DNA of 64,000 bases from Eledone cirrhosa. Taxonomy: Eukaryota. This document shows positions 1 to 13,214 of the stretch, in pieces; the first letter of the stretch is position 1, and the number at the start of each line of letters is the position of its first letter. The notes beneath the pieces were generated by a model. The model had not been told where the DNA came from. It did no database searches and saw only the letters and a list, made by a program, of their open reading frames with translations. The stretch spans positions 214,086,001 to 214,150,000 of the forward strand of contig OZ024743.1 of assembly GCA_964016885.1 (NCBI GenBank). Reading direction: 5' to 3'. Made by a program: the position numbers and the translations under genes.

Positions 1-1160
1 TAAAGAAACAGAAAGAGATATATATATAGAGAGAGAGAGGAAATAGAGATAGATACATATATATAGAAAGCTAGGTAGTGGGACGTCTGTTGAATAACGT
101 ATCAATGATACATTTATTTATTTATTTATTTATTTAGCTCTAGTATTAATGTAAGGGAGATATATGGAGAGAAAACCAGCTGTTATATAGGGAGAGAAAA
201 AATATATAGAGAGAAAAAATTTAAATTTACAAAATTTAAAAATATCCAGACACAGGCGAGGCGTAAAAACCTCTGTTTTAATGTAGAGGTATTAGTATTT
301 ACAAAACCAGCCTCTACATTGTAAATATCAGTATTCCTGAATGAGATATGTATCCACAATGTGTGAAAATAAATGGTCTTATGTTTAGTTTAAAAAAAAA
401 AAAAAAAATTCATGTTTATGTGATAATTACAAACATCTATGTGAATGTACATGATCAATTCTGCAAACCCTAAGTTCACGGAAAGTATTCTCAATGCGGT
501 ATAAAAAAATTTAAGTATACATATATGTGTATATAGAGTCAATATTACTATTTCTGTCTCTACTCTACAAGATTATCTATCAAGCAAAAATAGAGCAGAT
601 TTCAATATACTAATAAAAATAAAAATATATCGGAAACAAAACTAAAAATAACAATAATAATAATAAGTAATAATAAAATAGAAAACTAAGAAATATTACG
701 AAAGAATATTACATATTAAAAATATTACATAATTAAAACATTTACATATTAAAAATATTAAAAATAAAAATATTAGGAAATACTACAATAATAAAAATAA
801 AATAAACCACAAAGATCAACCCTTCAAAATTAATTGACAATATATTGCCAAGTTCATTATAAACATCAGAGTCAAAAAACAGATAAAGCCAAAAATTATC
901 TATCAAATCGCATCTAGCAAAGATCATTTCAAAAAGTATAGGATGCCCAATTTGGTCTACATGTGTTCTTATATTTAATATAGAAGTTTATCTAGTGTAA
1001 CGTTTATTCGAAATATTTGGAGCATCAACTTTTAGGGTAGCTTAATTTTTCATGAAGAATGTTTAAATAAAAATAAATAAAATAAAAATAAAAAGAATAA
1101 AAAGAGAATCAAAGATTTATCGGCTAGTTTCCCATATAATTATAAATCAAACTAAATATA

Positions 1161-1845
1161 CTACATTTTAAATTTAAATTTATATTTAAACGTTGAGTTT
1201 AATCTATGTTTGCAACAACTGAATAAATTTGACCGTAGATTAAGGGAATTTTTAGATTTTAGTATAATGAATATCTCCTCTGCGCAGAGGTCACATGTCT
1301 CAGAGGATGAATTAAAAGGAATCCCTCTTGAGACTATATTCCAAGCCGTCGAATATCTAACGTTATCTAGCTTAAGTTGCCATAGTACGCCTGATAGTGC
1401 CGTTGAAGATTTTTTACTTGGATCTGTGAAAGGATTCTTGTGGTTATTATAGCGAAGTTTAAATTCCGTCGATGTGGAACCGACGTAGTTAAAAGAATTA
1501 GAGTCAGTATTAACATTACAATTGTATACTATATTTTTAACTAAGCAGTTGTTATTTAACGGACATTTAGATCTATCTCTACAGTTACATTTGTTAACTT
1601 GTATATTATTTATGCTGTTATCACTAGGTTTTAAGTTCCTATTATTTATTCTATTGATATTTTGTGCTAAATTTTTGGTGGATGAGTAGGTTAATTTAAT
1701 TGTATGTCTATTGAAAATTGAGTGATATCTATGTGTTCTAGGGAAGCGATTATCAAGAGCTTTAAAAAATAGTTTAGCGATGTGGGTTTTAATGTTTAGT
1801 GAGAAAGGGGGGCAAACCAAATTATGTTCCTAGTTCTATTTCTTT
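1161..1845 (-). pseudogene. 5'-truncated PLE ORF: RT-EN linker plus GIY-YIG endonuclease
   Basis: IIWFxPPFSLNIKT linker, CNC..CPL..C Zn motif, IVY..YVGST..FKLRYNNH (GIY-YIG), CDLCAEE, CKHR. Confidence 0.85.
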
Positions 1846-2814
1846 TAAATAGAAAAGAACTAGGAACATAATTTGGTTTGCCAAGAAATAGAACTAGGAA
1901 CATAATTAATAATATTTTTAGTTTTGTTTCCGATATATTTTTATTTTTATTAGTATATTGAAATCTGCTCTATTTTTGCTTGATAGATAATCTTGTAGAG
2001 TAGAGACAGAAATAGTAATATTGACTCTATATACACATATATGTATACTTAAATTTTTTTATACCGCATTGAGAATACTTTCCGTGAACTTAGGGTTTGC
2101 AGAATTGATCATGTACATTCACATAGATGTTTGTAATTATCACATAAACATATGAATTTAAAAAAAAAAAAAAACTAAACATAAGATCATTAATTTTCAC
2201 ACATTGTGGATACATATCTCATTCAGGAATACTGATATTTACAATGTAGAGGCTGGTTTTGTAAATACTAATACCTCTACATTAAAACAAAGGTTTTTAC
2301 GCCTCGCCTGTGTCTGGATATCTTTAAATTTTTTAAATTTAAATTTTTTCTCTCTCTATATTTTTTCTCACCCTATATAACAGCTGGTTTTCTCTCCATA
2401 TATCTCCCTTACATTAATACTAGAGCTAAATAAATAAATAAATAAATAAATGTATCATTGATACGTTATTCAACAGACGTCCCACTACCTAGCTTTCTAT
2501 ATATATGTATCTATCTCTATTTCCTCTCTCTCTATATATATACATCTCTTTCTGTTTCTTTACATGAAGTTCTTCTCTTTATCTATCTTTCCATCTCTCT
2601 ATTTTGTTCCATGCATTTCTTCTTTTTTCTTTTTCTTCGTTTTCTGTCTTTCTTTCCTTTTTTTTTCTTTTTTTTTTCTCTCTTTTTCTCTCTTTCTCTC
2701 TCTCTTTCTTTCTCTCTGTGTACAATTTTGTCACTACCAAATCAACCTTCTCAAATGCAAGTAGATGTTGTTACGGTATGTCGAATCTATTTATCTATAA
2801 AACTGTTTATATTG

Positions 2815-2880
2815 TATTTTGTCTGAGGAAGGCATAGCATATTGTTAATATGATATCCCTGAAATATATATAATGAAATA
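2815..2880 (+). ncRNA. Type I hammerhead ribozyme motif (family A)
   Basis: TATTTTGT-CTGAGGA-stem II (contains catatt/aatatg)-GAAA-TATATA-TA-ATGAAATA. Stem I pairs with G:U wobbles. Confidence 0.8.
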
Positions 2881-3412
2881 AATATGGTTTTATAAATATA
2901 GTTTCCATTTATTTAATATTGTAAATATACTCCAAATATTTGTCGAGTGCTTTTATATCAGTTATAAATATTTACTAGTTGTAACCCAACAATTTAAATA
3001 TAACTTTCCATATATATATATATATATACATATACATGACTCTCGTATGGTCAGAAATATCTACTCATACAGCTGGTATACACCAACAAAATACAAACAC
3101 ATACCGTTCTGTATATACACACATACTCCCTTATAGTAACATTCTTTTGTTCTCAAGCTTCGTACGGGGGTATAATCACCCCCCACACACACACACATGC
3201 ACACTCACACACACACACAAACACACACACACGTATAGCTCTATATACAAAACGGTCTTTTTTCCCTTTCGTATAGATGCTCTCCATCATACACTTTTCT
3301 AAACAGTATATCATACAGAAAACGCCAGAATCAACAGTTTTCCAAGAGATGGCAACCTGTTTTTCCGATGCTGTCCTGCCCGCCTCCTCTATGTTTCTGA
3401 TTCCTCGTTATT

Positions 3413-3448
3413 TCTTCTGATGAAGTACTACCCTCTGAAACGTTAAGA
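3413..3448 (+). ncRNA. Minimal hammerhead motif in a short unit flanked by (CA)n
   Basis: TCTT-CTGATGA-agtactaccctct-GAAA-CG-TT-AAGA. Palindromic ACGT stem III, weak stem II. Confidence 0.5.
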
Positions 3449-3600
3449 CCCTCTTCCTGCTCTTTCAAGCGTTAATCTATTATATTCCTTCCATATACTG
3501 TACTGTTTGTATTGTTATTTCTGTTTACATTCCACACACACACGCACACGCACACTCGCGCACACCCACACACACACACACACACAGACATACACACACA

Positions 3601-3639
<39 letters not shown>

Positions 3640-5189
3640 CCCCCCCCCACACACACACACTCAGGCACATTTAACTTAAGAACTATTAAGAACATTCAAA
3701 AGATTCATTTCATTGTAGATGTACAAATGACACCGGTTCCTGCGTGGAATAGTGTACTGTATCTCTAAGATACCACACTAGTGTATCAACTACTTTGCTA
3801 AATAGCTGATGGCCACTAATTCCCTCTTTTTCGGAGAATTTAAATCTGTAGCTAGAAGTGTAATAACAGCTAGATTTACGATCCTCTAGGATTCAGTGCG
3901 AGTGCGTTGCAGGTACAATAATTAGTGGCTGGCCACCTCTTTCTGTATCCTGCAGTAGTTTACAGGATTTCTCATTAAATAGAACGTGATTGACTGTCCC
4001 CTCACACATTGGAAGTTAATCTTGCAACATGGTTTCTTTTGTTTCTCTGTTAATTACTTTGGCGTGCAATCTCGTGAGGTGAATGATTGAATAAGCATCA
4101 GTGAAGACTATTTGCAATTTCAGATATTCTTAAAGAGCGCACAGTCATAATTTACGAAATAATAATGACTTCCATTAGAATTGATGCAAATAAATAGAAA
4201 CTTCTGGGTAAAGGTTCGTGCTTTTCGGATAATCATACGATGAATAATTGTAAAGATATTGCCCTCGTATTATGAATTATCTTCTGTTATTCGCTTCATG
4301 ATGGTATCACATTAAATAAAATATGAGAAACATAAACATTGCAGAAGAAGAAAAACAAACTAGAAATGTTGCTATCAAATGCAAAGTTTCGAAGTTCAAT
4401 TTTTGAATTATGGACTCTATATTTTGCTTTGTCAATAACTATAATTACGTGCAGATATTGTGGTGTCACGGTGTATGTAACATATATACATTTATGCGAT
4501 TATAATTATATTTTCCTGTCTTAAGGTTATATCTATATTATTATATGTTATAATTCCACCTTGAATGTAATATCACCGAATATAAGAAACCATTATATAA
4601 GCATCAACACAACCAGATGTAGAAACCCCAGCCTTTATTAAACTGACAAAAAAAAAATGATTTCTAGAGAAGGGTTAATTCAGTAACTGTTCATGTGATA
4701 TCCTTCCAGGATATTATTTGCAAAAACTACACGCAATTAAATGCTAATGATCGGGAAGCACATACATTTCCGAAAACTTTAAATGATGCCTTAATCTTCA
4801 CATGTAAATGCTATAAAAGCATTTTCGTCGATTTACGTTTTTTGTTTATAATTACAGCTGCATTGTTCACCATTCGCTCGTTATTCTCGTGAAAGAGAGA
4901 GTGAGAGAGAGTGGGGAAAGACATAGAAAGGTGATGATCTATTTTTACAGTAGTACACATATATTATAAATTCCCTCATCAGCGGCAAGCTTTCTCAATT
5001 CTACTTGTTTACATAGAAAATCAGTAATTATTCGTTCGCATAATTTACTGCGCAATATAACAGAATAACAATCAAATATATGCACAATACCATTTTTTTG
5101 TATAATAGTATCAGTTGTAAATTCATTTCAAGCACGCCTGTTCAGCATCAATATATATTATATAATATCTCAGACTTCTATCTCTGTAG

Positions 5190-5294
5190 GCACGAATTTG
5201 ACACAGAAGATTATTTACTAAAACCCACAATGAATGAGAAAAATCGTCTAGATTATCCACATTTGCACGATAAATTCAATAAATCAGACATCAG
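5190..5294 (+). CDS. Possible internal host exon (HEFDTEDYLLKPTMNEKNRLDYPHLHDKFNKSDIR)
   Basis: Pyrimidine-rich acceptor ttctatctctgtag|, 105-nt open frame, donor AG|GCAAGT (alternative GTAAGC at 5299). No homology recognised. Confidence 0.3.
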
Positions 5295-5509
5295 GCAAGT
5301 AAGCTATGCCATCTGCATCCACACGATAGTTCTGGTTAACCTAAAATTATCAGAGCGATTATTTCGGTTACTAGAGGATTATTATTGAAACTATAAATGA
5401 TATTTGAGCCTTGATCTCGTATTTGGTTATTATAATTCGAATTTATACGTTTTCACTCTCTGAATATAATAAAGACTATAATATTGATCTGTATGTAATA
5501 TATGTATGA

Positions 5510-5660
5510 GGGTGGCGAATTGGCAGTCGTTATAACGTCGTCTAGAATGGTTTGGGGTATTCTATTCGGCTCTCTGCTCTCTGAGTTCAAATCCCACTGA
5601 GGTCAACTATACCTGTCATCCTTTCGAGGTCGATACAGCGTTCCAATTTTAGTACTGGTG
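5510..5660 (+). mobile_element. tRNA-derived SINE, Meta-domain type, diverged
   Basis: B box gagttcaaatcc followed by gaggtcaact..catcctttcgaggtcgata. Confidence 0.65.
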
Positions 5661-6279
5661 TTGATTTCTCCTCTATATCTCTTTCTCACTTCCTTTATCT
5701 CACTTTCTATCCGCCTTTGGAAGAAATCTGCCTTGTTCAGACTTGGAGAGGGATGAGCTTCGCCAGGCTTAAAACGTGCCTAAAGCATTTTACTACGGGA
5801 CATATCATGCCGATATATCCATCAAGGAATCATTCTTATGAAACAGCCTGTTTTGATCTCCGTATATTGATATTATTTATTTTCGAATTGCAGTGTTTCA
5901 CAGGATTTAAACAACACATTATACTTAATGTTTTAGCATGATAATCTAAAGAAATTACGAACACACTTTTTATTTGTATTTGCCATAATTTTCTAAACAG
6001 TATTTTTTAATTCTTCTTTTAGCAAGTGGTGTCTGTTTTCGAAACGTTTCCTATGATAATTCTATCTAATGTATTGTTTCATTTTTCATGTAGAAAATAT
6101 TATCCATTCTTTTATTTATATTTCCATTTTGTATTTCTTATTAAAATCTCTGAATGACCACTGGATTATTTCAAGGCACTCCCTCGGTATATTGCGTGTT
6201 TGTTTTTACTTGAGCCCAAAAGGTAATCCTTAACTATCTATGTAATCCACATGGTGAATATGAATTCTTTACGGAGGAA

Positions 6280-6400
6280 TTAGTTGGACTTGTTATTGTG
6301 AATGTTGTGAGTTCGATTCCTGGCGCAGGTTTCCTTGTGTCATTGAGCAAGACACTTTATTACTCGTGCATAAAGTGGGTTATTTACATTTTACCCTAGC
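6280..6400 (+). mobile_element. tRNA-derived SINE family 2, fragment
   Basis: gagttcgattcc B box plus tgtgtcattgagcaagacacttta. Homologous to 43330-43410 and 60400-60505. Confidence 0.55.
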
Positions 6401-8230
6401 AATATTGATTTATCCTGATACACTCCACGAGGTCAAACTGAAAATCGTTGCTTTGTGGTATAATCTATGAAGTAGATTTGTATCTTGATTGAAGTTTATT
6501 CGACCATAAGTATTAACGATATTAATTAGTGTCAACCAAGGAGCCTCAGTATAATCACAGAATCTGTTATACGATATATTTATATCTCCGTTAGTTCAGT
6601 CGCTAAAATTCAAAAAACGACACAGCGAGTCATAAAATGATGTGAGTTAAACATTTAAGGCATGCTCCCTGGCTTAAGCTAAAAGACAACGTGTATTTTC
6701 TGCAAGTCAGAGTTAAATATTGGAAGCAAGAAATCATTAACTAATCCAACCTATTGGCACAGTTAGATGACATTCTTAAATCTAATCAAAGTACTCAAGT
6801 GGGACAACGCCGAAACACGAATTTCGAATGTAATAAGAGTGCATCATTAACACATATGTCAATATTAATTTTAAAAAAATGATATTTCGTAAGTATATGG
6901 AAACTCCTGACATGTTACCTTCTTAATGGACCTCCTCAACAATCTAGCAGAATCTAACTATTTATCCCAGAATATTTAATACATTTCAACCATTCTTTCT
7001 CATTCACGAAAACCTTGACAACACAACTGATGGCTTATTTAGATAAAAATGAAACAATGTGTGTATATATATACATTGAATCACAACCTGTAAAATCTAA
7101 AGTGAGGCGATAGGGATTTCAACAGACATTTAAATGCGATCAAATGTAATATGCTTTAGTCCGGATCCATATTTCATCTAACGCTCCTGTTATATGAAAT
7201 ATTACTAAGCCTATGTATAAGTGATATATTTGTGACAAAGCTGTTTGTTGGTTGTCACGTTTTGAATTATAGCATTCAACGCTTAGCTTTGTTAATTTGT
7301 TTGGTATTGTGTTTATACTTTGCATTTAGATAACTATTTCCATGTTGATATAGTTTCGTGAGTGTGCTGGTTGATATTTACAGCTTTATGTCTTTTTTCA
7401 AGTTGTCAATAAACGATTCTTTCCTTTTAGTTTTTAATTTCGTGTCAATAACATCCTCACGTATGATTTTTGTGTAAATTGTTTACACTGATTATGTCAC
7501 AAACGTCTGATTTATTGAGAATGGAGTTTTGCCTTTTCCTTTCTCTATGTTGTCAAGTAATATTGTCTGTTTATACTTGTTGATATTTTATACTTCAAAT
7601 TGTATCTCATTCTATATTATTAACATGTATGTTTTGATCTATCGATAACTTTACATCGTGAAAGTTCAGTTTGTTTTTGTAGCAATATATCACCGTATTT
7701 AATTACGTCGTGTGAAGGGTGGACATAATATTGCATTTTTCAGATCTTGTTCATTTTATTATTGTTAGCTAAGAATTATAATTTTCACCGACCTATCGAT
7801 TGCTATTATCGCTTTTTGTTTTCAAAATAGCAAGTTGTTTATTATAGCTCTTTATATTCCTGTCATACGAACAAATTCTCGGTGATGTCTTTGAAGTCTT
7901 TATTCATATATCTCTCTGTTACTTTCGATAGTATTTTCAAAAGAGAAACACACTTAATAGCGCTTTTCTCATTGTTCTTTGGATTTAATTCATTATTTTA
8001 AACGTATCTTGTTTCAGTGTCTATTTTAAATCAGTATATCATATGTAACATGTTCATCCAATTACAGGAAAGCTTTATACATTAGCGACTTCAATTCTAC
8101 TAAGCAATACTAAATATTAAATTCTCTGGAGAAATTTTGAATCATTTTTGTACAAAATGTTGTAAATGTAATAGTTAGAAATAACAGTGTATCATTTTGT
8201 ACAAATGTTGTAAATGTAATAGTTAGAAAT

Positions 8231-8348
8231 AATTGTTTCTACTTTAGGCACAAGGCCAGCAATTACCCAGTGCATTACTGGTACTTCATTTTATCGACCC
8301 CGTAAGGATGAAAGGCAAAGTCAACCTCGGCGGGATTTGAACTCAGAA
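8231..8348 (-). mobile_element. tRNA-derived SINE, Meta-domain type, 5'-truncated
   Basis: Matches copies at 36829, 45821, 60975, 61328 and 61498. Flanked by repeated aatagttagaaata (possible TSD). Confidence 0.8.
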
Positions 8349-9605
8349 TAGTTAGAAATAATAGTTAGAAATAACAGTGATGAAAAGAGGTATTAGTAGT
8401 TCATGATTATTATGAAGGTGATTTGCAGTATCAGTAGAGCGCCGGAGACCATGCTTTGAGGCATTCAGTTACGGTTCTTCACGTTCTAAGTTCAAGTCCC
8501 GGGGTTGATAAAATAAAAGTACCAGATCATTAAAAGCAAAAAATGAGTAAAATAATTTGACTTTTCAAAACGAAATTAAGGCATGTTTTAATTCACTGTA
8601 TCCTTGCATTTTAATAAATTTCACATAGTAATTTAGCATATTATATAAACAGTGTGGCTGAGATTAGGGCCATATGTTTAATAAACATCTTCCAATTATC
8701 TGAATGAAAGTGTTGTCCCTTTTTAACTGGTGACCTATCTGTAACCAAAGGTAAATTACTACATCAAATTTGCTGTCCGGAATTTGCTTAGGAGCTCAAG
8801 TTAATGGCCGTCATCCTCGTTGGCCCTGGAAACTGATCGCTGATCTCGACAGGGCGAACGACAACAATCTGAGACCAAATCATACGCAAGAAGAACACTG
8901 CTTCTGCATAGTGTCGAAGTAATCTCTATAGGAACGTCATTTATATAGCGGATTATATCTGGTGTTGCATATTAATTATCTGCAAAACGGAAACGGTGCT
9001 TAGTTGAATACATTGGGAAACTAGGCCTCCTACTGCTATGCACAACAATTATAATATACATTAGGTAAACTTGGTGTCAATTTCCTTCTTAAATATTGTT
9101 TCTCTGTTTCGTTGAATTAATATGTATGGATAACTTTTCACTCTCATGTAAATAGGTGCACATATGTTTTGCTTACCTTCACATTGGCAATACATAAATG
9201 TAAATTAATGAATTTCAGCTACGATGTGTAAGAGAAATAACGATGGATATATAATTGAAACTAACTAGCAATCGACGATTTGTGTCAGCTGAGAGCGCTG
9301 TTAGTTATTTGCATGTCTAATTTGCGACTTAAATGTTAAACACATTTAGGATATGACTGTAACTTTAAAATTATATACATATATTGCGTTAGAAAGTATA
9401 TTTCTCGCTTCATCATTTACCCTGTTGCGGTCTATTAAACCTTATAATAGAACCCCGTTCAGAGAGTATTAAATACCGCAATGAACTAGCGAAAACAGAA
9501 ACAGCGTGTATGGCTTCATCAGACAGTTGATGAAAGTATATAGCGGGATATAAATATGCTTCAACGAGAAATATGTCAATAATTACGAGAGCCTTAAACC
9601 ATATT

Positions 9606-9666
9606 TATTCTATTATATATATTTCAAGCGTACCAAAACTTTTGTACGCTCTCATCAGATAAAATA
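9606..9666 (-). ncRNA. Type I hammerhead motif (family A) in a solo PLE terminus
   Basis: Reverse complement: TATTTTAT-CTGATGA-gAGCGTAC..GTACGCTt-GAAA-TATATA-TA-ATAGAATA. Confidence 0.85.
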
Positions 9667-10064
9667 CAATGTTTGTTTTATAAATATTGACATAACCAGG
9701 AAAGAAGAACTTAACGGTTCAAGTTTTTCCTGGATAGTAAAGTAAAAACTATATATATATATATTTATTTACACTGTAGAAGGATCAAGACATATCGTCG
9801 ATCACGTGTCTACAATAGCACCACATATAATCAAACAAGAGCAAAAGGCAGTGTGACAAACCTAGATATATTATGTCAAAGTGCATATACATACATCCAT
9901 ACACACACACAGTCTCTGCTCCAGTTTCATCAATGTAAGGATTTTTTTTATTTACTTATTAGGTAATAGACATTAAATGTCAATGTTATTGCTGATAAAT
10001 ATTTCATCTTATGATTATCAAGTTTTCTAAGTCTATGTAATAAATGAGACAAAATATACTCTCA

Positions 10065-10250
10065 TCTCCTATATAAATGGCAATTTCTGTCTGTCTATGT
10101 ATCTCTGTACCTGTGTATAACCAATTGGCGCCTATGCCAGTGATTCGATCCTGATGAAACTTTACACACATATTAAGCTAATATTCAGAAACAGGACTGG
10201 CTAATTGGATCTCAATAAAACTCAATAATGGAACCTCTAGGGACATCTTT
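10065..10250 (+). mobile_element. 5' fragment of a non-autonomous Helitron-like element
   Basis: TC..tatataaa start, ctgtctgtct tract and cgatc..gaaacttt motif, similar in layout to the element at 39226. Confidence 0.35.
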
Positions 10251-10389
10251 ACAATGGAGGATGAAACAGAAGACGTTACCGCTACTCCCCTTCCTCCTCT
10301 CACAACTCAGTCTTCCAAAACAAAGCAACAACATATTAGCAATATACATAACGAAATGTCAAACAAAGCAGACTGAACAGATGTCTCTT

Positions 10390-10524
<135 letters not shown>

Positions 10525-10578
10525 CTGCCATGACTGAATTTTAACCATCAACATAGTCAAGGCATGTCAAGATCAACT

Positions 10579-10644
10579 TATTTTATCTGATGAGGACGTA
10601 CTTTTGAAATAGCTCAGTATCACTGAAATATGTATAATAAAATA
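10579..10644 (+). ncRNA. Type I hammerhead motif (family A-related) in a ~270-bp unit between (TA)n tracts
   Basis: TATTTTAT-CTGATGA-...tact..agta..-GAAA-TATGTA-TA-ATAAAATA, with a perfect 8-bp stem I. Confidence 0.75.
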
Positions 10645-12575
10645 TACTTGAACACATGAATGTCTATATTTGTTACTATTTTGAATTAATATTAATAACT
10701 CCGGAAATCTCACTGTGGAGTGCTTCTAATCTATTGTGAAACTTTATTCATTGATTTATTCATTGAACCTTGTTTAACCTTTAATTATATATATATATAT
10801 ATATATCACATCCACTGATATGGATTCTGAACACATGCACACGCTTAGGTTACATTAAGGTCAACTGCAGGAATCGGTGATAAGTTACAAAAAAGTGTGA
10901 TGATCAATGACCTGGAAGTTGGCTTACCATGAGATTAGCCCGAAGAATGAAACCGAAACCGTATGTTGACGAATATTTGTACGCTCGTACTCACGGCATG
11001 TTAATTGTAGCATGCCGTCTTTGAGAGTAGAGGTTAGTTTGTCGATATTTCGAGGTGTTGGATCGTGGGAAGATTAATACGAATTAAGAAGATGTAACTT
11101 CTCCCCCATTATTGACACTTTGTAACAGTGAACGTTACAAGGCCCTCTTTAGGGCCAACACTTCTGATTGTTTATCCGACTTATTATGGAGTGTTTTCTC
11201 AGGTTATGTCTACTATGGGGGAAAACGGGATGGGTTTATTGAATTGCTTCGGGCACAGGAAGGGCTTTTTTCAAACGGTGATATACAGGTTGCTTGAACA
11301 GTACCTGAATATGTTCACTCGGTTAGAATTTTTTCAATAATTGAGATGACTTCCTCAATTGTTCTGTGGTTGTTATTGAGTGCTAAGACAATAAGTTTAC
11401 TATACATAAGTTATATATAAGTTATACATAAGTTTGTTGAATAAGTTCGATACTCTTCGAGCTGAAACCTTCCCGGCTTATTCACTCTGAATGAAGAAAG
11501 CTGGATGGAAGAAGGACCTATGACATAACCAACTATTGATAGACCAACACAAAAAAATGATCTGTCATAAATACTCCTAGCAAAGGTTGCTATTGAAAAT
11601 CCAGTATGGGCACCCAAGGTCGCTAGAATTTTCAGTCACACTGTGAGAACTGCGAATAACCCCACCTTTCCCGTGTATTACCGAGTACTGTATTATACAA
11701 GCGCATCGGGTAATCCGTTGCTAAATAGAAACAGAAGCATTAAGTTGCAAATTGTATATGATTAAATATTGTAGCAGATTTATACAGGCGAGGATTTACC
11801 AAACTTCTTACGAATTGGAAGGAACCAGTACGTGCTCACTGCCATTGGTAGAAATAGAAGCAACATTTACCTTTTTACAAAATGAAGGACATTTTAGACA
11901 GTGTAGTTAGAATTAGATTGTCTTAAAAAATATGATCATCAATATTGGAACGGTTTTGATTCTAATAAAAGATAATTTTGTGATAAACAACAACAACCAC
12001 GACAATGTGGAGAATTTCAAGACGGCAATATGCCGTTTTTTTCCTCATCGTCAGCAAATTATAAGTCCCACGTAGAATTATAAACTATATGAGAAAACAT
12101 TTAATTTATATGAAAATAAAATAAATAAATTTTGAAATAATTTTTTTTTTTAATTCCCAAGAAAATTAAAATAAAACAAGGACATAGTTATAATAATACG
12201 TTAGGTTAATATTCATATAACTCGGGGATATCCAAAACCTTTAACCGTTCTCTATAATTAATAATAATATCTGAAATTCGCACGTATATATTTTGTTGTC
12301 ATTTCATTCCCATTATTTTGTTTTCACTACACTAATTGGTAAGCATTGCCTGCTGCGAAGTTCAACTTCGAACAAATGATCAACTGTAATTTTACAACCG
12401 ATGGCAAGAAGGCCATAGATAATAATGGCGATCAATAGCAGCTCAGTATGCGTATAACGAGAGAATTATACACATATGTGCACACACAACACACACACAC
12501 ACACATATATATATATACATACATCTATATATATATAAATATATATATATATATACATATAGATATGTGTGTGTG

Positions 12576-12612
<37 letters not shown>

Positions 12613-12615
<3 letters not shown>

Positions 12616-12710
12616 AACCAGTAAGACCCCGACAGCTGAGCTCAAGCCGTTTCGACGGCTAATTCTGGACTAATGATGGTCCACCTGGTTCCTTACCACA
12701 TTTCCTTCGT
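12613..12710. mobile_element. PLE terminus family B, rearranged fragment carrying the 3' half of an HHR
   Basis: Same sequence as 15633-15770, 31340-31533 and 56634-56833. The second part (12676-12710) is inverted. Confidence 0.7.
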
Positions 12711-12791
<81 letters not shown>

Positions 12792-12814
12792 ACATATGTA
12801 TATATATACATATG

Positions 12815-12866
<52 letters not shown>

Positions 12867-12923
12867 TATATATATATTTATACATATATACTCATATATA
12901 TATATATATGCATATATATACAT

Positions 12924-13001
<78 letters not shown>

Positions 13002-13172
13002 CTCTGGTACGTGTCTGTGCGTGTGTGTGTGGGTACATATATAATTATTTTGGCAAGCTACTACAACGGCACCATACCAGGCACGTACGCTTCGGTAGCC
13101 CTGAGAATCAAGTTGTTCAATTCGTACCGATGGAAACGAACAGGAAAATGTTTACATACATACTATACATGC

Positions 13173-13214
<42 letters not shown>

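Larger units (their letters stand above)
1..3010. mobile_element. Penelope-like element with head-to-head inverted structure (arms 1-650 and 1913-2562; extends left of the window)
   Basis: 1-650 is the near-perfect reverse complement of 1913-2562. The spacer holds a minus-strand GIY-YIG ORF. The right arm continues through an HHR and tail into (TA)n at ~3011. Confidence 0.85.

Noticed and set aside
742-1050. Hydrophobic ORF downstream of the GIY-YIG as a possible second PLE ORF
   Set aside because: Interrupted by stops and explained by T-rich composition.
10151-10160. CTGATGA motif (also 9516-9522 minus, 12047-12053 minus, 30404-30410 minus)
   Set aside because: No compatible stem I, stem II, GAAA and UH arrangement.
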